From NCBI GenBank assembly GCA_026004395.1, contig BPJB01000001.1, forward strand, positions 327,343 to 391,342: a DNA stretch of 64,000 bases. The letters are read 5' to 3'. This document shows positions 36,797-47,978 of the stretch, one piece after another. The position numbers were made by a program, and so were the translations under genes. This DNA comes from Patescibacteria group bacterium. GTDB taxonomy: Bacteria > Patescibacteriota > Microgenomatia > Levybacterales > UBA12049. Positions within the stretch are counted from its first letter, which is position 1. Each line of letters starts with the position of its first letter. A model generated the notes under the pieces. It did not search any database. It worked only from the letters and a program-made list of their open reading frames with translations, and had not been told where the DNA came from.

Positions 36797-37555
36797 GTGA
36801 ATAGTATTTTCCTTTCGGTAATAATCCCCTGTTACAACGAGATGGCTAATTTACAAAAAGGAGTCCTCGATAAAGTCAGTCATTATCTTTTAAAGCAAAA
36901 ATATTCATCAGAAGTAATCATCGTAGATGATGGATCAACAGATGGAAGTATTCAGTTTATTGAAAAATTTGTCAAAGAGAACGCAAATTTCAAACTTATC
37001 AAGAATAGACATACAGGTAAAGCAGGAGCAGTTTCAACAGGAATGTTGAATGGCAAGGGTGAATATCTACTTTTTACTGATATGGATCAAGCCACCCCAA
37101 TAGAGGAAGTTGAAAAGTTGATTCCTTATTTTAGAGAAGGTTATGATATAGTGATTGGATCGAGAAAATCTAAACGTGAGGGTGCACCCTGGACACGTAT
37201 ATTAATGGCTCGTGGAATGATGTTTTTGCGAACACTGGTTGTTGGTCTTCATGGTATTGATGATACACAATGTGGTTTTAAGATGTTTAGGAATGATGTG
37301 TCAAAAAAACTCTTTGGCACACTGCGTAAACTTCATAATGGATTTAAAGAGGTTACAGGGTCTAGTGTTACAGCGGGATTTGATGTCGAACTTTTGTATC
37401 TAGGTCAAAAAATGGGATACAAAATAAAAGAAGTTCCTGTCAGCTGGCTTTATGTTGAGACTAGAAGAGTTAATCCTCTTAAAGATTCGTTTCAAGGATT
37501 TCTAGATCTTTTGATAATTAAACAAAACGCAATCAAAGGCAAATATAATATATGA
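36797..37555 (+). CDS. GT2 polyprenyl-phosphate glycosyltransferase (DPG/DPM synthase-like)
   Basis: SVIIPCYNE, VDDGSTD, FTDMD, DTQCGFK and FDVELL motifs. Confidence 0.9.
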   Translation: MNSIFLSVIIPCYNEMANLQKGVLDKVSHYLLKQKYSSEVIIVDDGSTDGSIQFIEKFVKENANFKLIKNRHTGKAGAVSTGMLNGKGEYLLFTDMDQATPIEEVEKLIPYFREGYDIVIGSRKSKREGAPWTRILMARGMMFLRTLVVGLHGIDDTQCGFKMFRNDVSKKLFGTLRKLHNGFKEVTGSSVTAGFDVELLYLGQKMGYKIKEVPVSWLYVETRRVNPLKDSFQGFLDLLIIKQNAIKGKYNI

Positions 37556-38763
37556 ATTATAGATCTCAGACTGAGAAAAAAATTGTTCCAACAAAGCTTT
37601 TTTTTGTGCTCTATCTACTTTTAACTTTTTTACTCTTTTTGTACTCCTTTACCCAAGTTGATCTTGGACTAACATTGACTAGAACATCCGCTTTGACAGC
37701 TGTCCAGCATGCATTTCAATATATTGGTTATTTCAATAGACCGCTTTCCACAAGTCTTTATCTTGCAATCATTTTTTTTCTTTTTGGACTTTATATTTGG
37801 TCAATAAAATTAGTTATTAAAAAACAAATTACCAAAAAAATGGTTTGGTTGATTATCTTTTGCGTATCTCTTATATTAGTTTTTTCCTATAATGCTTTTT
37901 CACATGATATTTTTAACTATATTTTTGATGCAAGAATAGTTACTTATTACAGGGAAAATCCTTATTTTAAGAAAGCATTGGATTATCCCAATGATCCCAT
38001 GCTTGCTTTTATGCACTGGACACATAGGACATATCCTTATGGACCAATATGGCTTCTTCTAACTATTCCTCTATCATTTTTAGGATTTTCATTTTTTATC
38101 CCGACATTTCTTCTTTTTAAGATTATGAGCGGACTATCTTATCTTGGATCAGCGTACTTGATCTCCAAAATCACCAGGTACATCAATGAAAAATATGAAT
38201 TATTAAGTCTAACATTCTTTGCTCTTAATCCTCTTGTCCTGATTGAATCGCTTGTTTCAGGACATAATGACATAGTGATGATGTTTTTATTACTTGTCAG
38301 CATTTTATTTTTGGTTAATCAAAGATTTATTTGGTCATTTTTATTTCTTTTTCTGTCAATAGGTATAAAATATGCGACGGGATTCTTATTGCCTATCTAT
38401 CTTGCCATTTGGTTTTTTAAGAAAAAAGAAAGTCGAATAGTTTGGCAAAATATTTTTCTAATCTTTGTTATTGCTATGCTCTTCGCGCTTGTAGCAGCAA
38501 TATTGAGAACGCAGTTTCAACCATGGTATCTTTTATTTGTTATACCACTTGCATCCCTTGTTACACAAAAGAAATATATTCTTGTCCCAACAATCTTTAT
38601 TTCTTTTGGCGCATTATTAAATTACGCTCCATACTTATACTGGGGCAATTGGAATGATCCTGTACCAAAAATAATTTTTTTTATTAATCTATTGGCAGCA
38701 ATGCTAGCGTCTATTTCAATTTGTTGGCTTCTTGTAAGAAAGAAATTTAATTTTTCTTTGTAG
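37552..38763 (+). CDS. GT-C, MptA/MptB (GT87)-like polyprenyl-phosphate-sugar-dependent glycosyltransferase
   Basis: FSHDIFNY, NPY, YPYGP.W, LNPL, GHND, IKY and PWY motifs. Confidence 0.8.
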   Translation: MNYRSQTEKKIVPTKLFFVLYLLLTFLLFLYSFTQVDLGLTLTRTSALTAVQHAFQYIGYFNRPLSTSLYLAIIFFLFGLYIWSIKLVIKKQITKKMVWLIIFCVSLILVFSYNAFSHDIFNYIFDARIVTYYRENPYFKKALDYPNDPMLAFMHWTHRTYPYGPIWLLLTIPLSFLGFSFFIPTFLLFKIMSGLSYLGSAYLISKITRYINEKYELLSLTFFALNPLVLIESLVSGHNDIVMMFLLLVSILFLVNQRFIWSFLFLFLSIGIKYATGFLLPIYLAIWFFKKKESRIVWQNIFLIFVIAMLFALVAAILRTQFQPWYLLFVIPLASLVTQKKYILVPTIFISFGALLNYAPYLYWGNWNDPVPKIIFFINLLAAMLASISICWLLVRKKFNFSL

Positions 38764-40024
38764 AATCTTCTGTCCAAATGACATACAAATATGATTTAAT
38801 ATCTCCTTCGTGAAAAAGGATAGGATTACCACTGCGGACTCTTTCTGCTGCCTCTTGTTTTTGTTTATCTAATCCTCCGCCTGTTGTTTTGATCCAAAAT
38901 TCTTTTGTATTGTAGTAAGCATAGAATATCCAAAGAAAAACAAGAGGCAACAAAAGGTAAGGAAATTTCTTAAGTAATTTTTGTTGCAGATAAATAAGAA
39001 CAAAGATTACTAGTGGTGCTTGTAGGAGAAAATAATAATCAGAGATAGGACCTGCATAGATAGTGAAAAAAATAACTGGAATCAAAAACCACGGTAACAT
39101 AAGAAGCCCGATAAGTTTTTTAGTTTTATCTTTTTCAAATAAAAGAACAAAGCCAAAAAGAAATGGTATTACATATTGCAAAATTTTCCCCAGAGAAAAG
39201 AATATAATCAGCTTAAACTGCACAAAAGCATCTGTAAGTCTTAGCAGGAAAAAACGTAAATGAAATCCGTGCATATAATGTTTGATAAAGTCTGAGTATT
39301 TATAAAACTCTCCGTGTGAACTTTTGAGATCAAAGATTAGGGTAGGTATGAGGAAAAACGCAGCAATAGCAAAGCTTCCACATAAGAGGAGAAAATTTTT
39401 TATATTTTTTCCGAAAGGAAAAAGAGATAAGAGTATAATTGGAGGAAGAAATACGGCAGTGAAATGAAGATGAAAAAAAAGTCCTGTTAGAATTCCAAGA
39501 AGAATATACCAGTACTTTCCACCGCCTGTTCTAATACGAAAAAGAGTATAGAATAGCAAAATTGATGTAGCAGGCACCAGTGAAACATTCCAGGGAATCT
39601 GATTTTGTTTAATAATATAATTGCTTGTGCCATAGAGAAAGACTGCAAAGATAGCTGCTTTTTCTGAAAAAAGTTTTTTAGCTACTAGATAGAGAGTAAC
39701 AAATGTAATTATATTAACAACAATCGTAAAGTATATAGAAGCAACAGGATCCAGTTTTGTAAGCGCAAAAAAAGGTGCTAGAAGGTAAAAATACAATGGT
39801 CCAAGATGCATATTACCGATACCTGTTTTGGGTCCATCAAGTACGAGCATCCCTTTGAGAATGTCGCGTACTTTCCATGCGTCTCGAGCCTGATCCCATC
39901 CAAATGCTTTATCAGGATAGGATTCAATACCATAAAATCTAAGATACAGTCCCACTGTTAGGATAAATAAAAAAGCAAAAAAATATTTATGTGGAGAAAT
40001 TAGTTTAGAATAAAATTCACTCAT
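38747..40024 (-). CDS. GT-C membrane glycosyltransferase (PMT_2-like)
   Basis: LRFY..GWDQARD, LGPLYFYL.APF, PWN and HLH; many TMs. Confidence 0.8.
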   Translation of the reverse strand: MSEFYSKLISPHKYFFAFLFILTVGLYLRFYGIESYPDKAFGWDQARDAWKVRDILKGMLVLDGPKTGIGNMHLGPLYFYLLAPFFALTKLDPVASIYFTIVVNIITFVTLYLVAKKLFSEKAAIFAVFLYGTSNYIIKQNQIPWNVSLVPATSILLFYTLFRIRTGGGKYWYILLGILTGLFFHLHFTAVFLPPIILLSLFPFGKNIKNFLLLCGSFAIAAFFLIPTLIFDLKSSHGEFYKYSDFIKHYMHGFHLRFFLLRLTDAFVQFKLIIFFSLGKILQYVIPFLFGFVLLFEKDKTKKLIGLLMLPWFLIPVIFFTIYAGPISDYYFLLQAPLVIFVLIYLQQKLLKKFPYLLLPLVFLWIFYAYYNTKEFWIKTTGGGLDKQKQEAAERVRSGNPILFHEGDIKSYLYVIWTEDSTKKN

Positions 40025-40055
40025 TAATGTGAGAATCTAGTATAATCTATAGTAT

Positions 40056-41577
40056 ATGCCAATACTTAAGAAAAGAAAAGTTGAGTTGTTTTTGGTAGTT
40101 TTCCTTTTTGCTCTTTACACTTTTTCACGACTTGGGGCTTTAACAAATATACCAATCTTTACTGATGAGGCAATTTATCTGAGATGGGCGCAGATCGCAG
40201 AATCTGATGCCAATTGGCGATTTATTTCACTTACCGATGGCAAACAGCCGCTTTTTATTTGGTTGACAATGCTAGCGATGAAAATTATTCCTGATCCCTT
40301 GATAGCGGGTAGAATGATCTCTGTATTGTCTGGACTTCTAACAGCTATTGGCTTATTTTTTCTTTCCCGAGAAATATTTCAAGAAAAATGGATAGGAATT
40401 ATTGCCGCAGGATTGTATGTTATTTATCCTTTTGCTCTTATTTATGATAGATTAGCTCTTTATGATTCTCTTGTTGGAACATTTGCAGTCTGGAGTCTTT
40501 ATGGTACAGTCTGTTTGGTGAGAGCTCTTCGTTTGGATGTTGCACTTTTGTTAGGTCTTGCTATAGGAGGTGCGGTATTGAATAAAACAAGCGGTTTTTT
40601 TCAATCTCTATCTTCTCCCTTTTGCATTACTTATTTTTGACTGGAAAAAGAAAAATCTAAGAGGTAGATTGATTCGTTTTATTCTCCTTTGTGGGGTAGT
40701 AGCATTAATGAGCTACGGAATGTATTCTATTTTACGTTTATCACCGTTTTTCTATATTATCGAGGAAAAGAATGCTGTGTTTGTCTACCCTTTTAGGGAT
40801 TGGATCCAACATCCTTTTGCGTATTTTTGGCAAAACTTAAGGGCACTTGTTGATTGGTTGGTAGCATATATGGGATTACCTTTAATATTATTAGCAGTAG
40901 GGTCTCTGTTTTTGAAAAAGACACTCATAAAAGAAAAGATTCTTTTAATAGTATGGTTTGTGGTGCCATTTATTGCTCTTGCATTGTTCGGAAAGACACT
41001 TTATCCTCGCTATATTTTTTTCATGACTCTTTCTCTTCTTCCACTTATAGCATATTCTATCTACATTCTTTATCGAAGACTAAAAGAAAAACCCTACCTT
41101 AGATTATTTTTTATTGTTTTAGCAATTTTTTATTCTTTTGTTTCGTCAATACTCATTCTTGCGGATTTCAAAAATGCGCCTATACCATCAGCAGACAAAT
41201 CACAATATCTTACAGGCTGGCCATCAGGTGTAGGTATTCCTGAGACAATTAATTTTTTTCAACAAAAAGCAAAAAAGGGTGAGATCTTTATTGGCACAGA
41301 AGGTACGTTTGGTCTTTTGCCATTTGCCTATGAATTATACTTTGTCAAGAATAAAAACATAACTGTTAAAGGATACTGGCCAATTGGGCCTGAGATTGAT
41401 CCAGAACTTGTAAAAATGAGTTTATCAAAACCTACCTATATGGTGTTTTATCAAGATTGCGTTCCTTGTGAAGCAAAAGGTATCGCACCTAGTACTTGGC
41501 CGCTTAAGAAAATTATGCAAATTCCAAAAGTTGAGAAAAATACTTATTTAACAGTTTATCAAGTACTACCACAATGA
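40056..41577 (+). pseudogene. GT-C glycosyltransferase split by a +1 frameshift in a T7 run (ORFs 40056-40640 and 40669-41577)
   Basis: FTDEAIY, DGKQPL and DRLAL.D motifs; removing one T at 40595-40601 gives continuous NKTSGFFNLYLLPFALLIFDWKK..RGRLIRF. Confidence 0.8.
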
Positions 41578-43217
41578 GAAAAGAATTAAAACAGGTCTTT
41601 CTTTGGATTTTTGTGCTTATTGTTCTTACTTTTCCTTTAATTCTTCCTTATTTCAGAGAAGGATATTTTCCCACACATGATGGCGAGTGGGCAGTTGTTC
41701 GACTTGCTGATATGTATCGAGAGATAAAAGACGGCCAAATTCCACCTAGATTCAGTGGAAATCTCAACTTTGGTTATGGTTATCCACTATTTAATTTTGC
41801 GTATCCTATGCCTTATTATCTGGGATTAGTATTCTTTTTATTACATATTGGCCTCGTCAATAGTATAAAAGTCCTTTTTGCGTTAAGTGTGCCTCTGAGT
41901 GCGATCATGATGTTTTTTGCATCAAGATCATTATGGGGAGGATCACTTGCAGGTCTGACAAGCGCTTTACTGTATGCATATTTACCTTATAGGATGGTTG
42001 ATCTTTATGTTAGAGGATCATTAGGAGAATCATTGGCATCTGTTCTATTCCCCACGATTTTTTATCTAATTACTGTTTTGTCATCTAGGAAATCTGTTTT
42101 TTTGGTTATTGGATTAGCAGCAGCATTTGGAACACTGATTTTAACACACAATATTATGGCTGTATTGTTTTCGATTATCATTAGTGCCTACGTTATATTT
42201 ATTTTCTTTACTTCTAAGAGCAAATATTGGAGGCAAATATTGTTGGGATTATTAGGAGGAATATTCCTTTCAGCATTTTTTTGGCTTCCCGCTCTTGTTG
42301 AAAAAAAGTTTGTTTTGCTTTCACAAATTCCGATTGCCGATCGTGATCTTTACTATGTTAATCCGTGGCAGCTTATTTTTTCTCCTTGGGGCTATGGAAC
42401 ACCTACCGAACAAAATTCATTTACTTATCAGTTAGGATTACCGCACATAATACTTTCGATTATAGGTTTTTTTCATATTTTGATTGATAAAAAAAAGGAT
42501 CAGAAACGTTTTTTAGGAATATTTTTGGCAGGGATGATTCTTGCTGCTATATTTATGCTTTTCCCCTTGTCTTCACCTCTTTGGGAAAATATTCCATTAA
42601 TTTCAGAAATTAATTATCCATGGACATTACTTTTCGTAATAGGATTTTTGATGAGTCTTCTTTCAGGAGTATTAATGAAGTATGGTAAAGTGATGAAAAT
42701 ATTTACAGTACTTTTTATTCTTTCAGCTATTGTTTTGGTATTACCTTTTGCAAAACCATCTGAATATGTTAATAGAGGGGATAGCTATTATTTTACCAAC
42801 GATGCGACTACAACTTCCTCCCGTGAGTTTATGCCTCTGTGGGTCAAACAGATGCCTCTTAATCGAGCAGCAGAAAAAGTACAAATTGTAAAAGGTAAAG
42901 GCAAAATTGAAGATATCAGAGCTACTTCTGATGAGATAACTTTTAGAGCTTCTTTATCTGAAAAAAGCATTATAAGATTGAATACAATTTTTTTCCCTAA
43001 TTGGAGATGGTATGTAGGTAAGAAACAAATTGCATTTAATTACGACAATCCTCAAGGTGTGATGGAAGCGACTTTTGATAAAGGCGAGCATGCAGTAAAA
43101 GTTGTATTTGAGAATACAACTGTGCGTACTTTTGCTAATTGGCTGTCATTGATGACATTTATTATTTTTGCTGTGATACTATCTCTTATATCTTGGAGAA
43201 AAGTATTAGATGAATAA
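41574..43217 (+). CDS. GT-C membrane protein (PTPS-related/YfhO-like family)
   Basis: THD, PRFSGNLNFGYGYPLFNF, YVRG, THN, SPWGYG and FFPNW motifs. Confidence 0.82.
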   Translation: MRKELKQVFLWIFVLIVLTFPLILPYFREGYFPTHDGEWAVVRLADMYREIKDGQIPPRFSGNLNFGYGYPLFNFAYPMPYYLGLVFFLLHIGLVNSIKVLFALSVPLSAIMMFFASRSLWGGSLAGLTSALLYAYLPYRMVDLYVRGSLGESLASVLFPTIFYLITVLSSRKSVFLVIGLAAAFGTLILTHNIMAVLFSIIISAYVIFIFFTSKSKYWRQILLGLLGGIFLSAFFWLPALVEKKFVLLSQIPIADRDLYYVNPWQLIFSPWGYGTPTEQNSFTYQLGLPHIILSIIGFFHILIDKKKDQKRFLGIFLAGMILAAIFMLFPLSSPLWENIPLISEINYPWTLLFVIGFLMSLLSGVLMKYGKVMKIFTVLFILSAIVLVLPFAKPSEYVNRGDSYYFTNDATTTSSREFMPLWVKQMPLNRAAEKVQIVKGKGKIEDIRATSDEITFRASLSEKSIIRLNTIFFPNWRWYVGKKQIAFNYDNPQGVMEATFDKGEHAVKVVFENTTVRTFANWLSLMTFIIFAVILSLISWRKVLDE

Positions 43218-44892
43218 AATTTTTTTCTTTTTACTTTCTGTTTTTTCTTTTTTTTCTATTCTGCCGCTTTTGGGAAGAGAGTATTTCCCCATGCATGATG
43301 ATACTCAGGTTGCAAGAGTAATTGCTATGTCAACAGCTCTTCGTGATGGAATGTTTCCTGTTCGCTGGGTTGATATTTTAGGGTATGGTTATGGATATCC
43401 TATATTTAATTTTTACGCACCCTTAGCCTACTACGTTGGTGGCACTTTACATCTATTGGGTATTCCTCCAGTGGCTGCAACAAAAATTATGTTTGGCATC
43501 GGGATGCTTGCTGCCGGATTGTCAATGTATTTATTAGCAAAGGAGTTTTGGGGAGAATTAGGCGGATTACTTTCTGCATTATTGTATCTCTATGCTCCTT
43601 ATCATGCTGTTAATCTTTATGTAAGAGGTGCTATTGGAGAGTTGTGGGCTTACGGACTGATACCACTTGTATTTTTGGGTTTTTACAAACTTTTCAGCGC
43701 TATACAAAGTGAAGATAAAAGAAAAATTTGGTATTGGATTGGAATATCAGGATTTGCTTATGCAGCTTTGATTTTATCTCATAATTTGACAGCGTTCATT
43801 GTGACTCCTTTTTTAGTTATATTGATTATACTTTTTTGTATAGTCCTTAAGAGGCAACATATTAGCTTTGTTCATCTAATCTACGCTTTTTGTTTTGGAC
43901 TATTGTTCTGTGCTTTCTATTGGTTGCCGGCTATTCTTGAACTATCCTATACCAACGTTGGATCAATTTTGGGTGGAGGATCAAATCCCATAGACCATTT
44001 TGTCTGTTTATCTCAACTGTGGGCGAGTAACTGGGGATTTGCTGGCTCAGCACCGGGGTGTATTGATGGAATGTCTTTCATGATTGGGAAAATGCATATA
44101 ATTCTTGCGCTAGGTAGTTTTTTTGCCGCTCTTTTTTGGAAAAAAAGAGTCAAGAAAAATATATTTTTTATCCTTTTTATAGGTTTGGTACTTTCGGTTT
44201 TTCTCATGCTTAGTATTTCAAGATCGTTTTGGGAAGGCTTTCCTCTTATGATGTACATTCAATTTCCTTGGAGATATCTCACAATGGCTTCATTTTTTAG
44301 TTCATTATTGTCAGGAGGAATACTATTTATTTTATTAAGTTCTGTAAATCTAGATTATTTTAAAAAGGTAATTTTGGGAGTTTTTATTGGCCTGCTAATA
44401 ATTTTTATTTATGGGAAGTTTTTTGTGCCACAATATAAGATTAATGATATAACTCGCTATTCAAATATAGATTTTATACGATGGAATGTTTCCAAAATTT
44501 CTGATGAGTATTTGCCTTCTGATTTTAAAAAGCCAGAAAACATCTCAGATCTTCCTCAAAGCATTTTAGAGTTTATTAAAGGCTCTGGAAAAATTTATGT
44601 TGATAGAAAAACGACTACGCATCTTCTAGCATCCATAGTCGTTTCTAATGATGCAGTAATTAGAATACAAAGAGCCTACTTTCCAGCGTGGAGAATAGTA
44701 ATCAATGGAGTAGAAAAGACACCTATAATCAAAAATGGAGTATATTATCTCAATTTGCCTTCCGGAGATTATCGCTTGGAGATGAGTTTTGTTCAAACTC
44801 CGATTGAGAGAGTTGCGAATAGCCTTACACTTCTTGGTATTTTTCTTTTTATTGCTGGTATAATATATGCTCATCGAAAGGTGTTAAAATGA
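43210..44892 (+). CDS. GT-C membrane protein (PTPS-related/YfhO-like family)
   Basis: MHDD, PVRW...GYGYGYPIFNFY, YVRG, SHN, QFPWRY and YFPAW motifs. Confidence 0.82.
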   Translation: MNKIFFFLLSVFSFFSILPLLGREYFPMHDDTQVARVIAMSTALRDGMFPVRWVDILGYGYGYPIFNFYAPLAYYVGGTLHLLGIPPVAATKIMFGIGMLAAGLSMYLLAKEFWGELGGLLSALLYLYAPYHAVNLYVRGAIGELWAYGLIPLVFLGFYKLFSAIQSEDKRKIWYWIGISGFAYAALILSHNLTAFIVTPFLVILIILFCIVLKRQHISFVHLIYAFCFGLLFCAFYWLPAILELSYTNVGSILGGGSNPIDHFVCLSQLWASNWGFAGSAPGCIDGMSFMIGKMHIILALGSFFAALFWKKRVKKNIFFILFIGLVLSVFLMLSISRSFWEGFPLMMYIQFPWRYLTMASFFSSLLSGGILFILLSSVNLDYFKKVILGVFIGLLIIFIYGKFFVPQYKINDITRYSNIDFIRWNVSKISDEYLPSDFKKPENISDLPQSILEFIKGSGKIYVDRKTTTHLLASIVVSNDAVIRIQRAYFPAWRIVINGVEKTPIIKNGVYYLNLPSGDYRLEMSFVQTPIERVANSLTLLGIFLFIAGIIYAHRKVLK

Positions 44893-45602
44893 ATAAAAAA
44901 TTACCTGAATTATCAATCTTTTTCCCATTTTGGAATGAGGAAAAAAATATTGAGCAAGTTGTCACCAATGCTATCGCAATTGCTCCAAGAATTGCTAAGA
45001 AATGGGAGATTATTATTGTTGATGATGGTTCATCGGATAGGACTTGGGAAAAATCTCGGGAGATAGAATCGCAATACTCCAATATTCGTATTGTTCATCA
45101 TCATGTCAACCGCGGTTATGGTGCTGCATTAAAATCAGGATTTGAGCACAGCCAATATAACTACATAGTATTTACTGATGGAGATTTGCAATTCGATTTT
45201 TCAGAAGTGACCAAATTTATTGAAGTGATTGCAGATGCGGATATTGTTATCGGCTATCGAAAAAAAAGACAGGATAACCTAATAAGAAATATTCTGATGA
45301 CATTGTTAAAGATATGGGACTTTATTTTTTTCCGTTTTTATTTCAAAGATATAGATTGCGGTTTTAAGATGTTCCGCCGTGAAGCGATTGAGGCATTAAT
45401 GCCTCTTCGATCAGAAGGAGCAATGATAACAACTGAAATACTGGCAAAAGCAAAAGCGAAGAAGATGAAAATTAAGCAGGTTGGAGTATCTCATTTTCCA
45501 CGCAAACATGGTCAGTCAAGCGGTGGCAATATTCCAGTTATTATTCGAGCGGTACTTGAAACCTTTATTCTCTATTGGGATATTAAAAATAGGCGGTTTT
45601 AA
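44889..45602 (+). CDS. GT2 polyprenyl-phosphate glycosyltransferase (DPM synthase-like)
   Basis: PFWNEE, VDDGSSD, NRGYG, FTDGDLQFD and DIDCGFK motifs. Confidence 0.9.
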   Translation: MNKKLPELSIFFPFWNEEKNIEQVVTNAIAIAPRIAKKWEIIIVDDGSSDRTWEKSREIESQYSNIRIVHHHVNRGYGAALKSGFEHSQYNYIVFTDGDLQFDFSEVTKFIEVIADADIVIGYRKKRQDNLIRNILMTLLKIWDFIFFRFYFKDIDCGFKMFRREAIEALMPLRSEGAMITTEILAKAKAKKMKIKQVGVSHFPRKHGQSSGGNIPVIIRAVLETFILYWDIKNRRF

Positions 45603-45604
45603 TT

Positions 45605-47056
45605 ATGCAAGAAATTGATATTGCCACAATTACAAGGCGTTCCATTCATGGCGTTTTCGCTTTGGTCTCCAGGACGTTTCTGATACAGATAGTTATGCAG
45701 TTGGTGAGTTTTCTGCTTACGATCTATCTTCTTCCTGAGGAATATGGAATGTTTTATATTGTGTCAGCAGCAATTGCTTTTCTTGCTTATTTTTCTGATA
45801 TTGGATTGGCAGCTGCTTTAATTCAGAAAAAGGAAGAGTTAACAAAAGACGATTTAAGAACTACATTTACAATACAGCAAGCACTTGTATTAAGTGTTTC
45901 AATTATTGCTCTTATTTTTACCGATGCTGTGGGTAAATTTTATAACCTCAATAATGAGGGAAAGCTCCTTTATCAGGTACTTATCTTCTCCTTTGTTTTA
46001 TCATCGCTTAAGACAATACCTTCCATACTTCTTGAGAGAAAACTTCTTTTTCAAAAATTAGTCATTCCTGAGATTGTTGAGACAGTTGCGTTCAGTGTGA
46101 CGGTTTTAATTTTGGCAATACAAAACTTCGGAATAGCAAGTTTTACCTATGCAGTTTTCCTGCGTGGTTTACTAGGATTACTTACAATGTATCTTATTGC
46201 TCCGTGGAGACCGCAGATAGGTTTTTCACTAAATGTGGCGAAGCGTTTACTTGCATTCGGTGTTCCATTTCAGGCAAATAGCATCCTAGCTTTGTTGAAA
46301 GATCAACTTCTTGTAATTTATCTAGGTAAAGCGTTATCACTTACGCAAGTGGGATATATTGGGGTAGCCCAAAAATTAGCATACACACCCCTTAGACTTT
46401 TTATGGATAATATTATTCGTATAACCTTTCCATCTTTTTCTCGATTGGCTGAGACTAAATATCTTGGTAAAGCCATAGAAAAAACACTATTTGCAATTAG
46501 TGCATTTATTTTTCCTGCATCTGCTGGCATGGTGATTCTTATGCCTTATTTTATTCGCGTTTTTCCCAAATATGAAAAATGGGAGCCTGTTCTTCTTTCA
46601 CTAACATTTTTTTCTCTAAACGCAATTCTCTCTAGCCTATCAACGCCTTTGACCAATGCTCTCAATGCCATCGGAAAGATCAAGATAACATTGCATCTTA
46701 TGATTTTTTGGACACTAGCGACATGGATTCTGATACCCATTTTTATTGGAATTTTTGGATTTGATGGAGTGTCTATTGCCTCAGCTTTTATTTCAGTAAG
46801 CGTTGTTGCAGTGGTTTTTCTTGCGAAACAATATATTCCTTTCAGTATCCTTTCCGTAATTTATCCGCCATTTTTAGCAACAATTATTATGGCCATCTCT
46901 CTTTTTTTTATTTCAACGTATATTATCACTTCCCTGCAAACTTTGATTCTTGCTATGCTAGTGGGAGGAGGAATATATTTATTGACCCTTTTTCTGATAG
47001 CAAAGAAGCAAATTCTATCAGATTTAGAATTAATTAGAGCTAATTTAAAAAGGTAA
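45605..47056 (+). CDS. Wzx/PST-type oligosaccharide flippase
   Basis: L.PEEYG, FSDIGLAAALIQ, R..FPSFSR; many TMs. Confidence 0.88.
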   Translation: MQEIDIATITRRSIHGVFALVSRTFLIQIVMQLVSFLLTIYLLPEEYGMFYIVSAAIAFLAYFSDIGLAAALIQKKEELTKDDLRTTFTIQQALVLSVSIIALIFTDAVGKFYNLNNEGKLLYQVLIFSFVLSSLKTIPSILLERKLLFQKLVIPEIVETVAFSVTVLILAIQNFGIASFTYAVFLRGLLGLLTMYLIAPWRPQIGFSLNVAKRLLAFGVPFQANSILALLKDQLLVIYLGKALSLTQVGYIGVAQKLAYTPLRLFMDNIIRITFPSFSRLAETKYLGKAIEKTLFAISAFIFPASAGMVILMPYFIRVFPKYEKWEPVLLSLTFFSLNAILSSLSTPLTNALNAIGKIKITLHLMIFWTLATWILIPIFIGIFGFDGVSIASAFISVSVVAVVFLAKQYIPFSILSVIYPPFLATIIMAISLFFISTYIITSLQTLILAMLVGGGIYLLTLFLIAKKQILSDLELIRANLKR

Positions 47057-47057
47057 T

Positions 47058-47978
47058 ATGTCTAAATTATCCGTTGTAATTTCTGTACACAATGGCGAGA
47101 GAGTTTTGGAAGAGTGTTTAAGATCAGTTGTCTGGGCAGATGAGATAGTAGTAATAGATCATGATTCTGATGATGCGACAGCTTCAATTGCAAAGAAATA
47201 TACGAAAGTAGTTGTGTCAAGACCCAATGATCCTAAGAATATTGATTTGCAAAAAAATTATGGATTTGAAAAAGCTACCAATGAGTGGATTTTAAGTCTT
47301 GACGCTGATGAGCGTGTTTCAGCAGATTTGGCTCAGGAAATTAAGTCTGTTATTAACAATGCAGTATGCGAAGCATATGAAATTCCTCGCAAAAATATAA
47401 TTTTTGGTAAATGGATTCAACATTCGTTCTGGTGGCCTGATTACCAAGTCCGTCTTTTTAAAAAAGGTAAAGGAAAATATGTAGAAAAAGGCGTTCATAA
47501 GCAGCTTAAAGTGGATGGTCCAGTTGGCAAACTGCAAAACCCTCTTATCCATGAAAATTATCAGAGTATTAGCCAATATATACAAAAAATGGATGTTTAT
47601 ACTGAAAATGAAGCCTCATCACTGGTACAACAAGGTACGCATTTTAATTGGAGAGATGCGCTGCGTATGCCTGTTAGGGATTTTCTTAAAACCTTTTTCT
47701 TGCAGGAAGGATATAAAGATGGTTTTCATGGTTTAGTCTTAAGCACTTTGCAAGGTTTTTATACATTTTTGGTTATTATCAAAGTATGGGAGAAAAATGG
47801 TTTTAAGGAAGAATACAATTCTGCATTTCTAAAAACTATCTTAAAAGAATGGAGGAAACTTCAAAATGAGATTTTTTACTGGATACTTTCAACATTGATC
47901 ATATCTTCAAGAAATCCCTTTAAAAAATTTTTCTATCGTATTAAGAGAAAAATAGTGATGATGCGACTTAGAGATTAA
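47058..47978 (+). CDS. GT2 glycosyltransferase (WaaE/KdtX-like)
   Basis: CLRSV.WADEI, WILSLDADE, PDYQVRLF and VH motifs. Confidence 0.9.
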   Translation: MSKLSVVISVHNGERVLEECLRSVVWADEIVVIDHDSDDATASIAKKYTKVVVSRPNDPKNIDLQKNYGFEKATNEWILSLDADERVSADLAQEIKSVINNAVCEAYEIPRKNIIFGKWIQHSFWWPDYQVRLFKKGKGKYVEKGVHKQLKVDGPVGKLQNPLIHENYQSISQYIQKMDVYTENEASSLVQQGTHFNWRDALRMPVRDFLKTFFLQEGYKDGFHGLVLSTLQGFYTFLVIIKVWEKNGFKEEYNSAFLKTILKEWRKLQNEIFYWILSTLIISSRNPFKKFFYRIKRKIVMMRLRD

